A DNA stretch of 42,367 bases from Candidatus Undinarchaeota archaeon (GCA_964401205.1 CAYNXO010000001.1:1-42367), one strand, 5' to 3'; positions 1 through 10,522 are shown, counted from the stretch's first letter. Numbers and translations are program-made. Notes: generated by a model from the sequence alone, not told the origin.

Positions 1-801
1 AAGACATTAAGCATAGCTACCTATGGCTGCAATTTCCGCTGTGATTTCTGCCAGAACTGGGAAATTTCCCAGGCAGATATTGAAGAAATGCCTGAACTTC
101 CTGAATTTTTGCCAGAAAAAATTGTTGAAATGTGCGTTGAAAATAACTGCAAAGGAATTTCATATACATATACAGAGCCGACAATTTTTTATGAATATTG
201 CTATGAAACTGCAAAAATTGCGCATAAGAAAGGGCTTTACAACTGCTTTGTCTCAAATGGTTACATAAACAAAGAGCCACTGGAAAAAATTTCAAAATAC
301 CTTGATGCAAATAATGTTGATTTAAAGGGGGATGATGAGTTTTACAGAAAAATTTGCCATGCCGGAAAAGGAATTGCGCCTGTAAAAGAAACAATAAAAA
401 ACTGCCGCGATTTTGGGATACATACGGAAGTAACAAATTTAATTGTCCCTGGCAGAAACGACAAACCAAGACAGATCAAGGAAGTTGTTGATTTCATAAA
501 ATCTGTTTCAGAGAATATTCCGCTGCACTTCTCAGGATTCCACCCAGAGCATATGCTGAAAAATGCAGAGCCAACTTCGGTCGAAACACTTGAAAACGCT
601 TACAAAATTGCAAAAGACGCTGGCCTGAATTATGTTTATACAGGAAATGTTCCCGGCCACAAAGGGGAAAGCACTTTTTGCCCAAAATGCAACGAGTTGC
701 TGATAGAAAGGATTGGCTTTAGTATTGGAAAAATAAATTTGAAAGACAAAAAATGCCCTAAATGTAGGACTAAACTTCCAATAATTGGAGAATTGCAATA
801 A
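1..801 (+). CDS. Radical SAM enzyme (AmmeMemoRadiSam AmrS / PflA-activase-like), 5' end cut by window edge
   Basis: The frame of listed ORF 88..801 stays open back to nt 1. It reads KTLSIATYGCNFRCDFCQNWEIS, a CxxxCxxC radical-SAM cluster motif. C-terminal CPKC..CPKC zinc ribbon. Confidence 0.75.
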   Translation, partial: KTLSIATYGCNFRCDFCQNWEISQADIEEMPELPEFLPEKIVEMCVENNCKGISYTYTEPTIFYEYCYETAKIAHKKGLYNCFVSNGYINKEPLEKISKYLDANNVDLKGDDEFYRKICHAGKGIAPVKETIKNCRDFGIHTEVTNLIVPGRNDKPRQIKEVVDFIKSVSENIPLHFSGFHPEHMLKNAEPTSVETLENAYKIAKDAGLNYVYTGNVPGHKGESTFCPKCNELLIERIGFSIGKINLKDKKCPKCRTKLPIIGELQ

Positions 802-862
802 ACCGCGGCGTGCATTAGAAAGTTAAAAAGAATTAAAATACGCCTGAAAACCGCGATTTCTC

Positions 863-2095
863 ATGAGCTTTATTGAAATTGCACTATTTACTTTACTGGG
901 GATTGTTTTTGGAATTGCAAGCGGGCTTGTGCCAGGGCTTCATGTAAATACAATTGCCGCGCTTTTGCTTGCATCACTTCCTTTATTCAGCGGAATTTCG
1001 GCAATTTCATTATGCGCCTGTATCATTGCAATGGCTGTTGTAAATTCTTTCCTGAGCTTTATTCCTTCGCTGTTATTAGGCGCTCCTGACAGCGAAACAG
1101 TGCTTTCAATACTTCCCGGCCATAGGATGCTGTTAAACGGCGAGGCAATTGAAGCAATTAAACTCACTGCGCTTGGCGGGATAATTGCCCTTGTTTTTGT
1201 GATTGCGACTTTCAGCATTTCAATTGCCGCAATCCCTTTTTTGTCTGAATTTTTAAAGAAATACATGCTTTACATCCTGCTTTTTGTTTCATGCGTCGGA
1301 ATATCGTTTGAGCGGAATTTGTTTTTTGGGGCAGTAATTTTTTTGCTCGCAGGATTTTTTGGGGTTATTACATTGAACGGTTTTGGAAACGAAATTGTTT
1401 TTCCTGCATTATCTGGGTTATTTGGAATAAGCAGCATGCTGCTTAGCTTAAGCGACGGGATTAAAATCCCGGAGCAGATAAAAACAAAAATCACTCTGGG
1501 CAAATTTTCAATAATTAAAAATTCCCTAATCGGAAGTGTTGCGGGGGCTGTTGTCGGCTTTCTTCCTGGGATAGGGGCGGCGCAGGCTGTTTTTCTTGTC
1601 CAGCAGCTAAATGCAAAGCAATCTGAAAAAGAATTTCTCGTTTCAAATGCGGCGGTTAATGTCGGAAATACAATGTTTCCCTTGTTTGTTTTTTATGCCA
1701 TTGGAAAAACGCGCTCGGGGATTGCTGTTGCAATAAAAGATATAGCAGGCGCTTTTGGATTTAATGAAATGGTTTTGCTCATGCTTGTTGCGCTTGCATC
1801 AGGTTTTTTAGCGCTGGTCCTACATTTGAAAGTTGGAATTTTCCTTACAAAAAAAATTGGCGGGCTGGAAAAAGAAACATACCAGCAAATTGTCCTCGGA
1901 GTCATATTTTTCATAACAACCGCGGTTTATTTGCTGACTGGCTTTTCTGGGCTGGTTGTTTTGCTTGCAGGAACTTTGCTCGGATTGCTGCCTCCGCTGC
2001 TCGGAATAAGGAGGGCAGAGTGCATGGGGTACTTTGTTTTGCCTGCAATTTTGTATTATGCCGGCCTCAGCGGAGCTGCCTTAAAATTAATATAA
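863..2095 (+). CDS. Polytopic membrane protein, TctA/DUF112-like permease
   Basis: 410 aa with many hydrophobic segments. Duplicated G-x-(V/L)PG(L/I) motifs (GLVPGLHVNT, GFLPGIGAAQA) as recalled for TctA-family proteins. Confidence 0.55.
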   Translation: MSFIEIALFTLLGIVFGIASGLVPGLHVNTIAALLLASLPLFSGISAISLCACIIAMAVVNSFLSFIPSLLLGAPDSETVLSILPGHRMLLNGEAIEAIKLTALGGIIALVFVIATFSISIAAIPFLSEFLKKYMLYILLFVSCVGISFERNLFFGAVIFLLAGFFGVITLNGFGNEIVFPALSGLFGISSMLLSLSDGIKIPEQIKTKITLGKFSIIKNSLIGSVAGAVVGFLPGIGAAQAVFLVQQLNAKQSEKEFLVSNAAVNVGNTMFPLFVFYAIGKTRSGIAVAIKDIAGAFGFNEMVLLMLVALASGFLALVLHLKVGIFLTKKIGGLEKETYQQIVLGVIFFITTAVYLLTGFSGLVVLLAGTLLGLLPPLLGIRRAECMGYFVLPAILYYAGLSGAALKLI

Positions 2096-2099
2096 AACC

Positions 2100-2122
2100 T
2101 ATTTATACCACCCATATAATTA
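2100..2122 (+). promoter_or_regulatory. Candidate TATA-box promoter of the atp operon
   Basis: TTTATA at 2102-2107 lies about 30 nt upstream of the atpH ATG (2136). This implies a very short or absent leader. Confidence 0.4.
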
Positions 2123-2135
2123 GTATTTTAAAAAA

Positions 2136-2462
2136 ATGGAAACTGACCCTACTATTGAGAGGATTAAAAACCTGGAAGGGTACGGCAAGAGGGAAATAGA
2201 AAAAACAGAATTGAAAAAGGCCCAGATAATTGAAAAAGCCAAGGAAAAATCCCTTCTTCTTATACAGGAGTTTGAAAAAACCAAGGACACCTCTTTAAAG
2301 GACAGGATGGCAGCGGTTTCAGAGGAAATAAAGAAAGAAACAGCAAAAATGATCTCAAAATCACAAAAAGATGCTGAAGAAATAAGAAAAAAAGCGGCAG
2401 AGAGGACAAGCGAGGTTTCAAGAAAATTTTTTGAGATTTTTAGAAAAAAAATGCTTTTGTGA
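2136..2462 (+). CDS. atpH: A-type ATP synthase subunit H
   Basis: 108-aa K/E-rich coiled-coil protein in first position of an atpHIKECFABD-ordered operon. Confidence 0.6.
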   Translation: METDPTIERIKNLEGYGKREIEKTELKKAQIIEKAKEKSLLLIQEFEKTKDTSLKDRMAAVSEEIKKETAKMISKSQKDAEEIRKKAAERTSEVSRKFFEIFRKKMLL

Positions 2463-2471
2463 GAAACTGCA

Positions 2472-4310
2472 ATGATAGAACCAGTAAGAATGACGAAAAT
2501 TCGCATTGTAGGGACAAAACGCGTTTTAGAAGGGGCTATCAAGGTCCTGCATTCAGAGGCTGTTGTACATATAGAGGATTTCAGGCCAGGCAAGTACAAT
2601 GTTGATTATGCTTATTTTGACATAGGAAACCCTGCAAAAAGCGCGTCAAAATATTCAGAGCTTCTTGTAAGGTTAAGGGCGCTGATTGCAAGTTTGAAGA
2701 TTGAGAGGCAGGATTTTTCGCTTGCGAAAGTTCCGGACGGGGCTGAAAAAATGCTTGCGAAAATTGAGATGGATTCGGCAAAGATTGTGGAAAAATCAAA
2801 AATTTTTGAGGATGAACAAAAGGAGCTTGAAAAGGCAGAGGAGATGGTTGGTTTCCTTTCTGCACTTAAATTAAAGCCAGATGTTTTTTCGCCGCTTGAG
2901 AATCTGGCGGTTTTCAGCGGCTATTGTGAAGGAGATTTTGAAAATGAATTAAGCGGAATAACAAAAAAATACAAACTCACGAAAAAAGTAAGGAAAAAAG
3001 ATGTTGCTTTTGCCCTTTTTGTTGAGAAAGAATCTGCTGAAAAAATAAAGGGAATTCTTGAATCATACAAGTATCGGGGAGTTCAGGTTCCTGCAAAAAT
3101 AAAATACAAAAGCCTTGAGGAGCTTGCGGAAAGGAAGAAAGAGCTTGAACAAAGCGAGAAAAAAACAGCGGAAAAGCTAGGGCAATTAAAGAAAAAGAAG
3201 GGGCAGTTCCTTGTAAGCTACGAGAATTACCTCAAGAGGGAGAACGAAAAGGCAGAGGCTCCTTTGCGCTTCGGGGAAACTGCAAACCTGTTCGTTGTTG
3301 AGGGCTATGCGCCTGTCAAAAAATATGAAACTCTGAAGCAGAAATTGGCAGATGGCTTTGGAAAGAAAATATATGTGGAACGGTCTGAAAAAGAGGTGGA
3401 ATTTGCTCCTACGCAGCTGCAAAACCCTAGCATAATTGGCTCCTTTGAGTTCTTCTTAAATCTGTATTCACTGCCTTTCTACAGGGAGCTTGACCCCACT
3501 TTTCTCATATTCATAACTTTCCCGCTGTTTTTTGGATTTATGCTGGGCGATGTCGGCTATGGAATCACAACAGCGATTATTTTCCTGATTGTAAAATACT
3601 CAACAAAATCAAGTTCGCTTAAGGGGCTGATGAATGCGATGCTGCTTGCTTCAATGGCATCAATCGCCTTTGGTTTCCTTTTCGGGGAGTTTTTTGGCGG
3701 GCCTTACTTTGGGTTAAATCCAATAATAAACAGGGAGCATGACATAACACTGATGATCATGATTACTCTGCTTGTTGGAATAATTCACTTGAACATTGGG
3801 TATTTGTTTGGTTTTGTTAATGCAAAGAGAATGCACGGCATAAAGCACGCGCTGGCAGAAAAGGGGAGCTGGATTGTTGTTGAAATTGGGATTATTCTGC
3901 TTCTTTTCAAAATGCTCAATGTTTTTTACACTACTCTGCCATACCAGGTATACCTTGGGTTTGCTTTTTTGGGTGCGGGAGCTGCAATAATGATAGCAAG
4001 CGGAAGGGCTATCGAGGTTATTGAATTGGCGGGTGTTATGAGCAACCTCCTTTCCTACACAAGATTGTTCGCAATTGGGCTGGCTTCAGTTGCTCTCGCT
4101 ATGATAGTAAATGAATTCGCAACTGCCTTTATAGAAACGGGTGGAATAATGATACTTCCGGCAATACTTATACTAGTGATGGGACACGTGTTGAATATAG
4201 CAATAGGAATAATCAGCGGATTTTTGCAATCCTTGAGGCTTCACTATGTGGAGTTCTTTACAAAGTTCTACAAAGGTGAGGGAAAAAGATATAACCCCTT
4301 TGGAGGTTAA
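2472..4310 (+). CDS. atpI: A-type ATP synthase subunit I (membrane a-subunit)
   Basis: 612 aa with a soluble coiled-coil N-terminal half and a polytopic C-terminal half containing the conserved LSYxRL-like motif (LLSYTRLFAIGLAS). Operon position fits. Confidence 0.85.
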   Translation: MIEPVRMTKIRIVGTKRVLEGAIKVLHSEAVVHIEDFRPGKYNVDYAYFDIGNPAKSASKYSELLVRLRALIASLKIERQDFSLAKVPDGAEKMLAKIEMDSAKIVEKSKIFEDEQKELEKAEEMVGFLSALKLKPDVFSPLENLAVFSGYCEGDFENELSGITKKYKLTKKVRKKDVAFALFVEKESAEKIKGILESYKYRGVQVPAKIKYKSLEELAERKKELEQSEKKTAEKLGQLKKKKGQFLVSYENYLKRENEKAEAPLRFGETANLFVVEGYAPVKKYETLKQKLADGFGKKIYVERSEKEVEFAPTQLQNPSIIGSFEFFLNLYSLPFYRELDPTFLIFITFPLFFGFMLGDVGYGITTAIIFLIVKYSTKSSSLKGLMNAMLLASMASIAFGFLFGEFFGGPYFGLNPIINREHDITLMIMITLLVGIIHLNIGYLFGFVNAKRMHGIKHALAEKGSWIVVEIGIILLLFKMLNVFYTTLPYQVYLGFAFLGAGAAIMIASGRAIEVIELAGVMSNLLSYTRLFAIGLASVALAMIVNEFATAFIETGGIMILPAILILVMGHVLNIAIGIISGFLQSLRLHYVEFFTKFYKGEGKRYNPFGG

Positions 4311-4330
4311 TTGCATAAAAAGAGTGGTTG

Positions 4331-4339
4331 AGGAGGTGA
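4331..4339 (+). promoter_or_regulatory. Shine-Dalgarno-like site for atpK
   Basis: AGGAGGTGA lies 10 nt upstream of the ATG at 4349. Confidence 0.6.
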
Positions 4340-4348
4340 AAAACAAAC

Positions 4349-4585
4349 ATGGTAGTTGATGTTGGGCTTGGACTAGTAGCAATGGGTGCCGGAATCGCGA
4401 TGGCAGGGGCTGCAATAGGAACTGGTATAGCAGAACAGGGAATTGGGAGTGCTGCAGTAGGAGCCATGGTAGAGAAAGAGGAGCTGTTCGCCAAGGGGCT
4501 GATACTAACAGTTATCCCAGAAACCATTGTCATTTTCGGGCTGGTAGTTGCAATACTAATCCTGGGAAAGGCAGTAGTGGCTTAG
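4349..4585 (+). CDS. atpK: A-type ATP synthase proteolipid subunit K (c-subunit)
   Basis: 78 aa with a two-helix hairpin, a G/A-rich first helix and a conserved carboxylate in helix 2 (VIPETIVIFG). Confidence 0.9.
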   Translation: MVVDVGLGLVAMGAGIAMAGAAIGTGIAEQGIGSAAVGAMVEKEELFAKGLILTVIPETIVIFGLVVAILILGKAVVA

Positions 4586-4619
4586 TTAAAGCTTTTTTTG
4601 TTAAGAGCGCTCCGGAGTT

Positions 4620-5207
4620 TTGAAAGAAATGGGACTTGACGAAGTAGAGGCAGACATTCGGAAGAAAATAGATGCAAGAGCAAGTGCAATTACGCAAGAA
4701 GCTGAAAAAGAGGCAAATGCCCTTTTGAACAAGGGAAAGGAACAGCTTTTTGAACTTAAAAAAGCACGGGAAATTGAGGTGCTGAAACTCCTAAATGAGT
4801 TTAAGACGCGGGAAATTGCACAGGCAACTTTGACATCCAGAAAGCTGAAACTGGATGCAAAAAAAGAGGCTGTTGCGGCTGTTTATGGGCGCATTGAGGA
4901 AAAGCTTCTTGGAATAAGTGAAGCTGACAAAAAGGAACTTTTGAGTTCATTAATTGACAGGGCAAAAAGGGAGCTGGCCGGGGCAGAGTATGTTTTCTGC
5001 AACAAAGATGACAAGAAAGTTGTAAGCGGACTTTGCTCAGACACTGGATTGAAATTCAGCGGAGTTATTGAATGTAAAGGTGGGATTATTGTTGAAAACG
5101 AGAGCGGGGAAATACGTGTTGATTATACTTATGAAAACCTGCTTGCAGATTTCAGAAAAACAAGCATCGGTGATGTTGTAAAGCAATTGTTCGGGGGCAT
5201 AAAGTGA
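4620..5207 (+). CDS. atpE: A-type ATP synthase subunit E
   Basis: About 195 aa with a long N-terminal coiled coil and a globular C-terminus. Operon position fits. The TTG at 4620 or the ATG at 4629 could be the start. Confidence 0.8.
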   Translation: MKEMGLDEVEADIRKKIDARASAITQEAEKEANALLNKGKEQLFELKKAREIEVLKLLNEFKTREIAQATLTSRKLKLDAKKEAVAAVYGRIEEKLLGISEADKKELLSSLIDRAKRELAGAEYVFCNKDDKKVVSGLCSDTGLKFSGVIECKGGIIVENESGEIRVDYTYENLLADFRKTSIGDVVKQLFGGIK

Positions 5208-6244
5208 ACACTGGCTATATGTTAAAATCAAGACTTAGCACAAAAGAGGCAGACCAGAAGAGGGACTATTACTATGCAACGACAAGGGCGAGGGCAATGA
5301 TATCAAAGCTGCTCACGGACGATGATTATGCAAAACTTATGAAAATGGATATAAATGAAATATTGCGTTTTTTGGAAGAAGGCGAGTACAAAAAAGAAAT
5401 TGATTCTGTTGGAGTAGGTGCAAGGAAAATTGAAGAGTTTGAAGGGGTTTTAAATGAAAATTTTGCGCGTTCAATCAACCGCTTGCTTGGATTTATGCCA
5501 AAAACCTGCCCTCTCTGGGTATATACAATGAGATATGACATAGCAAACATAAAAACAATATTAAGGGGCAAGGATAGCCATGGAAAAAAGGAAGGTGTGT
5601 GGCGTGCTTTAATTCCAGTTGGAAATTTCAGCAAAGAATTTTTGCATTCCCTAATTAATGCGGAAACAAAAGAAAAAGTTATTGAGCTGCTTGAAAAAAC
5701 ACCTTATTATAGTGTTCTTAAAAGAAATTCTGGAAAAGGCCAGGAAGAACTCGAAGACATTTTAGAACAATTTTATTTTGGAAAAACACTGAAATTTGCG
5801 GTTAAAGATAAAAAATTATATGACTTGCTGAAAAAAGAAATAGATGTAAAAAACATTTTGAGCCTTCTCAGGCTAAGAAGGTCAAAAATTGCGATTAGCG
5901 AAAATTTTTTCATAAAGGGCGGCAATATTGGCCTAAAAAGATTGGCAGAGCTGGGCAAGCTGGATGAATTTGAAATTATCAACAACTTGAAAAACCAAAA
6001 AACCTGGGTTTTTGCACCTACAAATACAAAAGAACTTGATAAAATAGAGGCGGGTTTAAGGAAATACCTCTTCATATGTGGTTGGAACCTAAAAAAAGAA
6101 TATAAGCCCACGGCAGGGGCATTGCTAAGCTATATATTTGGGAAAGAGAGAGAAATAGCAAATATCAGGATTATAGCACGCTCAAAAATTATAAAAAACC
6201 CAGAGGATGCTTTAAGCATACGCTCCAGGGTTTATGTGAAATAG
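5204..6244 (+). CDS. atpC: A-type ATP synthase subunit C
   Basis: 346-aa helical protein. Its GTG start overlaps the atpE stop (alternative ATG at 5219). Operon position fits. Confidence 0.8.
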   Translation: MNTGYMLKSRLSTKEADQKRDYYYATTRARAMISKLLTDDDYAKLMKMDINEILRFLEEGEYKKEIDSVGVGARKIEEFEGVLNENFARSINRLLGFMPKTCPLWVYTMRYDIANIKTILRGKDSHGKKEGVWRALIPVGNFSKEFLHSLINAETKEKVIELLEKTPYYSVLKRNSGKGQEELEDILEQFYFGKTLKFAVKDKKLYDLLKKEIDVKNILSLLRLRRSKIAISENFFIKGGNIGLKRLAELGKLDEFEIINNLKNQKTWVFAPTNTKELDKIEAGLRKYLFICGWNLKKEYKPTAGALLSYIFGKEREIANIRIIARSKIIKNPEDALSIRSRVYVK

Positions 6245-6260
6245 GTGGATTTGGATGAAA

Positions 6261-6354
6261 ATACGCAAAGCGGTTAAATAAAAAAAGCTTTGCTATCTCG
6301 AACAAAAGTGAGAGATGCTCGTAGAGCATTTTCATTCGCTCACGCTCATGAAAA
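6261..6354 (+). repeat. Family-2 structured element, copy D (atpC-atpF intercistronic, overlaps atpF start codon)
   Basis: Hairpin 1 pairs GCAAAGC (6265-6271) with GCTTTGC (6287-6293). Hairpin 2 pairs TTTTCAT (6329-6335) with ATGAAAA (6348-6354), and the ATG is the atpF start. The element recurs at 33596-33657 with a compensatory T-A to C-G change. Confidence 0.7.
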
Positions 6355-6659
6355 TCGCAGTAATGGGTTGCAAGGATTTCGCGCTTGGTTTTGGGCTGGG
6401 TGGCGTAAAGACTCCTTACGAAGTAAATGAAAACAATTATGTAGAATTGTTTGAAAAATGCTACAGTGAAAGGGAAATAGGAATAATCATACTTGAGGAG
6501 CAATATTACAAGAAAATGCCTGCAAGGATAAAAAAGAAGCTTGAGGAGAACATAAGCCCTGTCGTGATTTCAATTTCAAGGGAAGATGTGGGTGCATCAG
6601 ATTTAGGCAAACTAATGCTAAGGGTTTTTGGAACGGACATATGGAAAGAGGGAAAGTGA
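6348..6659 (+). CDS. atpF: A-type ATP synthase subunit F
   Basis: MKIAVMGCKDFALGFGLGG is a typical AtpF N-terminus. The listed ORF start at 6315 is probably an upstream extension. Confidence 0.8.
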   Translation: MKIAVMGCKDFALGFGLGGVKTPYEVNENNYVELFEKCYSEREIGIIILEEQYYKKMPARIKKKLEENISPVVISISREDVGASDLGKLMLRVFGTDIWKEGK

Positions 6660-6666
6660 GATAAAA

Positions 6667-8430
6667 ATGAGCGAAGCAACAATTTACAGAGTAAGCGGCC
6701 CGGTTGTTACTGCAGAAGGCCTGGACGCAAGGATGTATGACCTTGTTGAGGTTGGAGACTTAAAGCTGGGTGGAGAAGTCATTAAGATTTTTGGGAACAA
6801 GACGGTCATTCAGGTTTATGAGGATACTTCGGGGATGCGGCCGGGAGAGCCTGTTAAAACAACAGGAATGCCTTTGACTGTTACTCTAGGGCCGGGATTG
6901 CTGAAATCAATTTATGACGGAATACAAAGGCCTTTGCCTGAAATACAGAAATTGCAAGGAGATTTCATTGAAAGGGGGGCAACAGCTCCTGCTCTTGATG
7001 AAAAGAAAAAATGGAAGTTTGTTCCACTTTTGAAAAAAGGCGCGAGTGTTTCAAGTGGAATTGTTCTGGGCGACGTTCAGGAAACTGAAACAATAAAGCA
7101 CAAAATTTTAGTTCCGTTCGGGACAAAAGGGGCAATACAAAACATTTCAGAAGGCTCTTACACAATTAATGATGTTGTCTGCACTCTTGATAACAAGGCA
7201 GAAATCAAATTATCGCACAAATGGCCAGTAAGAAGGCCAAGGCCATATGCAAAGAAATTAAGGCCTGAGATTCCGCTAATAACAGGGCAGAGAATTATTG
7301 ACACTTTCTTCCCACTTGCAAAGGGAGGAACCGCTTCTATCCCAGGCGGATTCGGGACTGGAAAAACAGTCATGCAGCACCAGCTCGCAAAATGGAGCGA
7401 TGCAGAAGTTATTCTCTTTATCGGATGCGGTGAAAGAGGAAACGAAATGACCGATGTTCTTGAGGAGTTCCCAAAATTAATTGACCCGAAAACAGGAAGG
7501 CCCCTTATGGAGAGGACTGTTTTAATTGCAAACACTTCAAACATGCCTGTTGCTGCAAGAGAAGCTTCAATTTACACAGGAATGACAATTGCAGAATATT
7601 ACAGGGACATGGGATACAACGTAAGCTTGACTGCAGACTCAAGCTCAAGATGGGCAGAAGCAATGAGAGAAATTTCATCAAGATTAGAAGAAATGCCAGG
7701 AGAAGAAGGGTATCCTGCTTATCTTGCTGCAAAGCTTTCGCAGTTCTATGAAAGGGCTGGAAGAATAGTCTGCCTCGGGGATGATAAGAGAATCGGCTCA
7801 GTAAGTGCAATAGGTGCGGTAAGCCCGCCTGGCGGAGATTTTTCAGAGCCAGTAACGCAGAACACGCTAAGGGTTGTAAAGGTTTTCTGGGCGCTTGACA
7901 CAAGGCTTGCAAACAGAAGGCACTTCCCGAGCATAAACTGGCTCAATTCATACAGAATTTACTTAAAGACACTTGAGCCGTGGTTCGCAAACAATGTCAG
8001 CATTGAATTCACGCAGCTTGCTGAAAAAGGAATGGCTTTGCTGCAAAAGGAAGATCAACTACAGGAAATTGTGCAGCTTGTCGGAAGCGATGCCTTGCCT
8101 GAAAAGAACAGGATTATCTTGGAAATCGCAAAGATGTTAAGGGAAGGATACCTGCAGCAAAACGCATACCATGAGGTTGACTCATACTGCAGCACAAAGA
8201 AGCAGTTTGGAATGCTGAAAGCAATTATGGACTTCAATGAGCTTGCAATCGCAGCGCTTAATGCAGAAGCGCAGATTGACGAGATAATGAACGTGAAGTG
8301 CAAGCCAAAGATAATTCAGTTGAGATATTCAAAGGAAAAGGAATTCGCAAAAGACCTTGAAAAGGTTTATGAAGAGATGAATGACGAATTCAAAAAACTC
8401 GGGGCGCAGAAAAAATCTGCAGGCAAGTGA
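6667..8430 (+). CDS. atpA: A-type ATP synthase catalytic subunit A
   Basis: Walker A motif GGFGTGKTV and an [14 protein letters not shown] start at the in-frame ATG 6667. Length of about 587 aa, so no intein. Confidence 0.95.
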   Translation: MSEATIYRVSGPVVTAEGLDARMYDLVEVGDLKLGGEVIKIFGNKTVIQVYEDTSGMRPGEPVKTTGMPLTVTLGPGLLKSIYDGIQRPLPEIQKLQGDFIERGATAPALDEKKKWKFVPLLKKGASVSSGIVLGDVQETETIKHKILVPFGTKGAIQNISEGSYTINDVVCTLDNKAEIKLSHKWPVRRPRPYAKKLRPEIPLITGQRIIDTFFPLAKGGTASIPGGFGTGKTVMQHQLAKWSDAEVILFIGCGERGNEMTDVLEEFPKLIDPKTGRPLMERTVLIANTSNMPVAAREASIYTGMTIAEYYRDMGYNVSLTADSSSRWAEAMREISSRLEEMPGEEGYPAYLAAKLSQFYERAGRIVCLGDDKRIGSVSAIGAVSPPGGDFSEPVTQNTLRVVKVFWALDTRLANRRHFPSINWLNSYRIYLKTLEPWFANNVSIEFTQLAEKGMALLQKEDQLQEIVQLVGSDALPEKNRIILEIAKMLREGYLQQNAYHEVDSYCSTKKQFGMLKAIMDFNELAIAALNAEAQIDEIMNVKCKPKIIQLRYSKEKEFAKDLEKVYEEMNDEFKKLGAQKKSAGK

Positions 8431-8435
8431 GGGTT

Positions 8436-9821
8436 ATGAAAGAATACAAAACCATAAATCAGATTGCAGGTCCTCTTATTTTTGTTGAGAAAACAGATCC
8501 CGTCGGATATGGGGAGCTTGTCAGCATTATGCTTTCCAATGGGGAAATAAAGAAAGGGCAGGTTCTTGATACATCAAGAGATATTGTAGTTGTGCAGGTT
8601 TTTGGGGAAACTGTAGGAATAGACAGAAGCGCGCATGTAAAGTTCTTGGGAGAAACAATTAAGTTAAAACTCTCGCACGAAATGCTTGGTCGAATTTTTT
8701 CAGGATTCGGAGAGCCGATTGACAACGGGCCTGAAATAATTCCCGACGACATTCTTGACATAAGCGGTGCTGCAATTAACCCCTTTTCAAGGTCGCGCCC
8801 AGAGGATTTCATACAAACAGGAATAAGCACAATTGACGGGATGAATACCCTTGTCAGGGGGCAAAAGCTGCCTATATTCTCTGGAAGCGGTCTCCCGCAT
8901 AATGACATGGCATTGCAGGTTGCGAGGCAGGCAAAAGTCCCTGGAAAAGAGGAGTCTTTTGCAGTAGTCTTTGCTGCAATGGGCATTACAAATGAGGAGG
9001 CGCAGCACTTTATTGCTGATTTTGAAAAAACAGGGGCGCTTGAAAGGGCTGTTGTGTTTTTGAACCTTGCAAACGACCCTGCTGTTGAGCGCTTAATTAC
9101 GCCGCGCATGGCCCTTACAACTGCGGAATTTCTGGCATACCAGCATGACATGCATGTTCTTGTTATTTTGACTGATATGACAAATTACTGTGAAGCCCTC
9201 AGGGAAGTCGGGGCAGCAAGGGAAGAAATCCCCGGAAGAAGGGGGTATCCTGGATACATGTACACTGACCTTGCATCAATTTACGAAAGGGCGGGAATCA
9301 TCAAGGGAAGAAAAGGAAGCGTAACGCAGATGCCTATTCTCACAATGTCGGGGGATGATATTACACACCCTATTCCTGATTTAACTGGATATATTACAGA
9401 GGGGCAGATTGTCCTTGGTAGAAGCCTGCATATGCAGGGAATTTATCCGCCGGTTGATGTGCTGCCTTGCCTGTCCAGATTAATGAACAGTGGGATTGGA
9501 AAAGGAAAAACAAGAGATGATCACAAGCCGGTTTCAAACCAGCTCTATGCAAGCTATGCAGAAGGCAGGGATTTAAGAGGGCTGGTGGCAATTGTCGGAG
9601 AAGAGGCTTTGAGCAGCGAAGACAGGTCTTATCTTAAATTTGCAGATTCTTTTGAGCAGAAATTCATCAAGCAGGGAAAATACGAGGACAGGAGCGTCGG
9701 GCAGACACTTGACTTGGGGTGGGATTTGCTCAGCACACTGCCTGAGGAAGAGCTGACAAGGATTGAGAAAGATTTAATTGAAAAGTACTTGAGAAAGAGA
9801 CAGCAAACGCAGGTGAAATAA
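8436..9821 (+). CDS. atpB: A-type ATP synthase subunit B
   Basis: [20 protein letters not shown]-terminus with strong V/A-ATPase B-subunit similarity throughout. The GTG at 8427 is an alternative start that overlaps the atpA stop. Confidence 0.95.
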   Translation: MKEYKTINQIAGPLIFVEKTDPVGYGELVSIMLSNGEIKKGQVLDTSRDIVVVQVFGETVGIDRSAHVKFLGETIKLKLSHEMLGRIFSGFGEPIDNGPEIIPDDILDISGAAINPFSRSRPEDFIQTGISTIDGMNTLVRGQKLPIFSGSGLPHNDMALQVARQAKVPGKEESFAVVFAAMGITNEEAQHFIADFEKTGALERAVVFLNLANDPAVERLITPRMALTTAEFLAYQHDMHVLVILTDMTNYCEALREVGAAREEIPGRRGYPGYMYTDLASIYERAGIIKGRKGSVTQMPILTMSGDDITHPIPDLTGYITEGQIVLGRSLHMQGIYPPVDVLPCLSRLMNSGIGKGKTRDDHKPVSNQLYASYAEGRDLRGLVAIVGEEALSSEDRSYLKFADSFEQKFIKQGKYEDRSVGQTLDLGWDLLSTLPEEELTRIEKDLIEKYLRKRQQTQVK

Positions 9822-9836
9822 ATTCAGTAAACAGTA

Positions 9837-9876
9837 ATCGGTACCGACTACCGAAAACCGGGTACCGTGTACCGAT
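9837..9876. repeat. TACCG-rich duplicated motif in the atpB-atpD spacer
   Basis: The sequence is CGGTACCG-AC-TACCG, then AAAAC, then CGGGTACCG-TG-TACCG. The outer ATCGGTAC/GTACCGAT arms are complementary. Confidence 0.6.
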
Positions 9877-9895
9877 AATAACCAATTTCACAGAA

Positions 9896-10522
9896 ATGGC
9901 AATACAAGTAAAACCAACCCGTTCAGAGCTTATTAACTTAAAGAAAAAAATCAAGCTAGTGCAGACAGGGCATTCGCTTCTTAAGAGGAGAAAAGACGGG
10001 CTTGTGCATGAGTTTTTTAACATTTTAGGGGATGTAAGGCAGCAGAGGTCTTCTTTGAGGCAGAGCTACAGGTCTGCTGTCAGCAAGCTTGAAGTTGCAA
10101 GGGCATTGGATGGGGCGCAGAACATAGAATCTATCGCACTTGCAATAAAGGATGAGCCAGAAGTCCTGATACAGGGAAGGAGCATAATGGGCGTAAAGGT
10201 CCCGAAAATTGAAACAAAATTTGTTTCGCGCGGCCTGCTGGAACGGGGCTATGGTGTTATAGGAACTTCTTCATACACAGACGAGCTTGTTGAGTCCTGG
10301 GAAAAAGTCCTTGGGGCAATTGTAAAAAATGTTGAAAGTGAAATTTCGCTGAAAAGGGTTCTTTTGGAAATAGAAAAGACAAAGAGAAGGGTAAATGCGC
10401 TTGGAAATATTATAATCCCGCGGATGGAAGAGGCTGCGGCGTTTATACGCCTGAGGCTTGAGGAACTGGAGAAGGAAAACCTATTTAGAATGAAGCGCAT
10501 TAAAAAGAAGAGGGGGAAGTGA
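9896..10522 (+). CDS. atpD: A-type ATP synthase subunit D
   Basis: 208 aa. MAIQVKPTRSELINLKKKIKL and the C-terminal coiled coil are typical of the central-stalk D subunit. Confidence 0.85.
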   Translation: MAIQVKPTRSELINLKKKIKLVQTGHSLLKRRKDGLVHEFFNILGDVRQQRSSLRQSYRSAVSKLEVARALDGAQNIESIALAIKDEPEVLIQGRSIMGVKVPKIETKFVSRGLLERGYGVIGTSSYTDELVESWEKVLGAIVKNVESEISLKRVLLEIEKTKRRVNALGNIIIPRMEEAAAFIRLRLEELEKENLFRMKRIKKKRGK

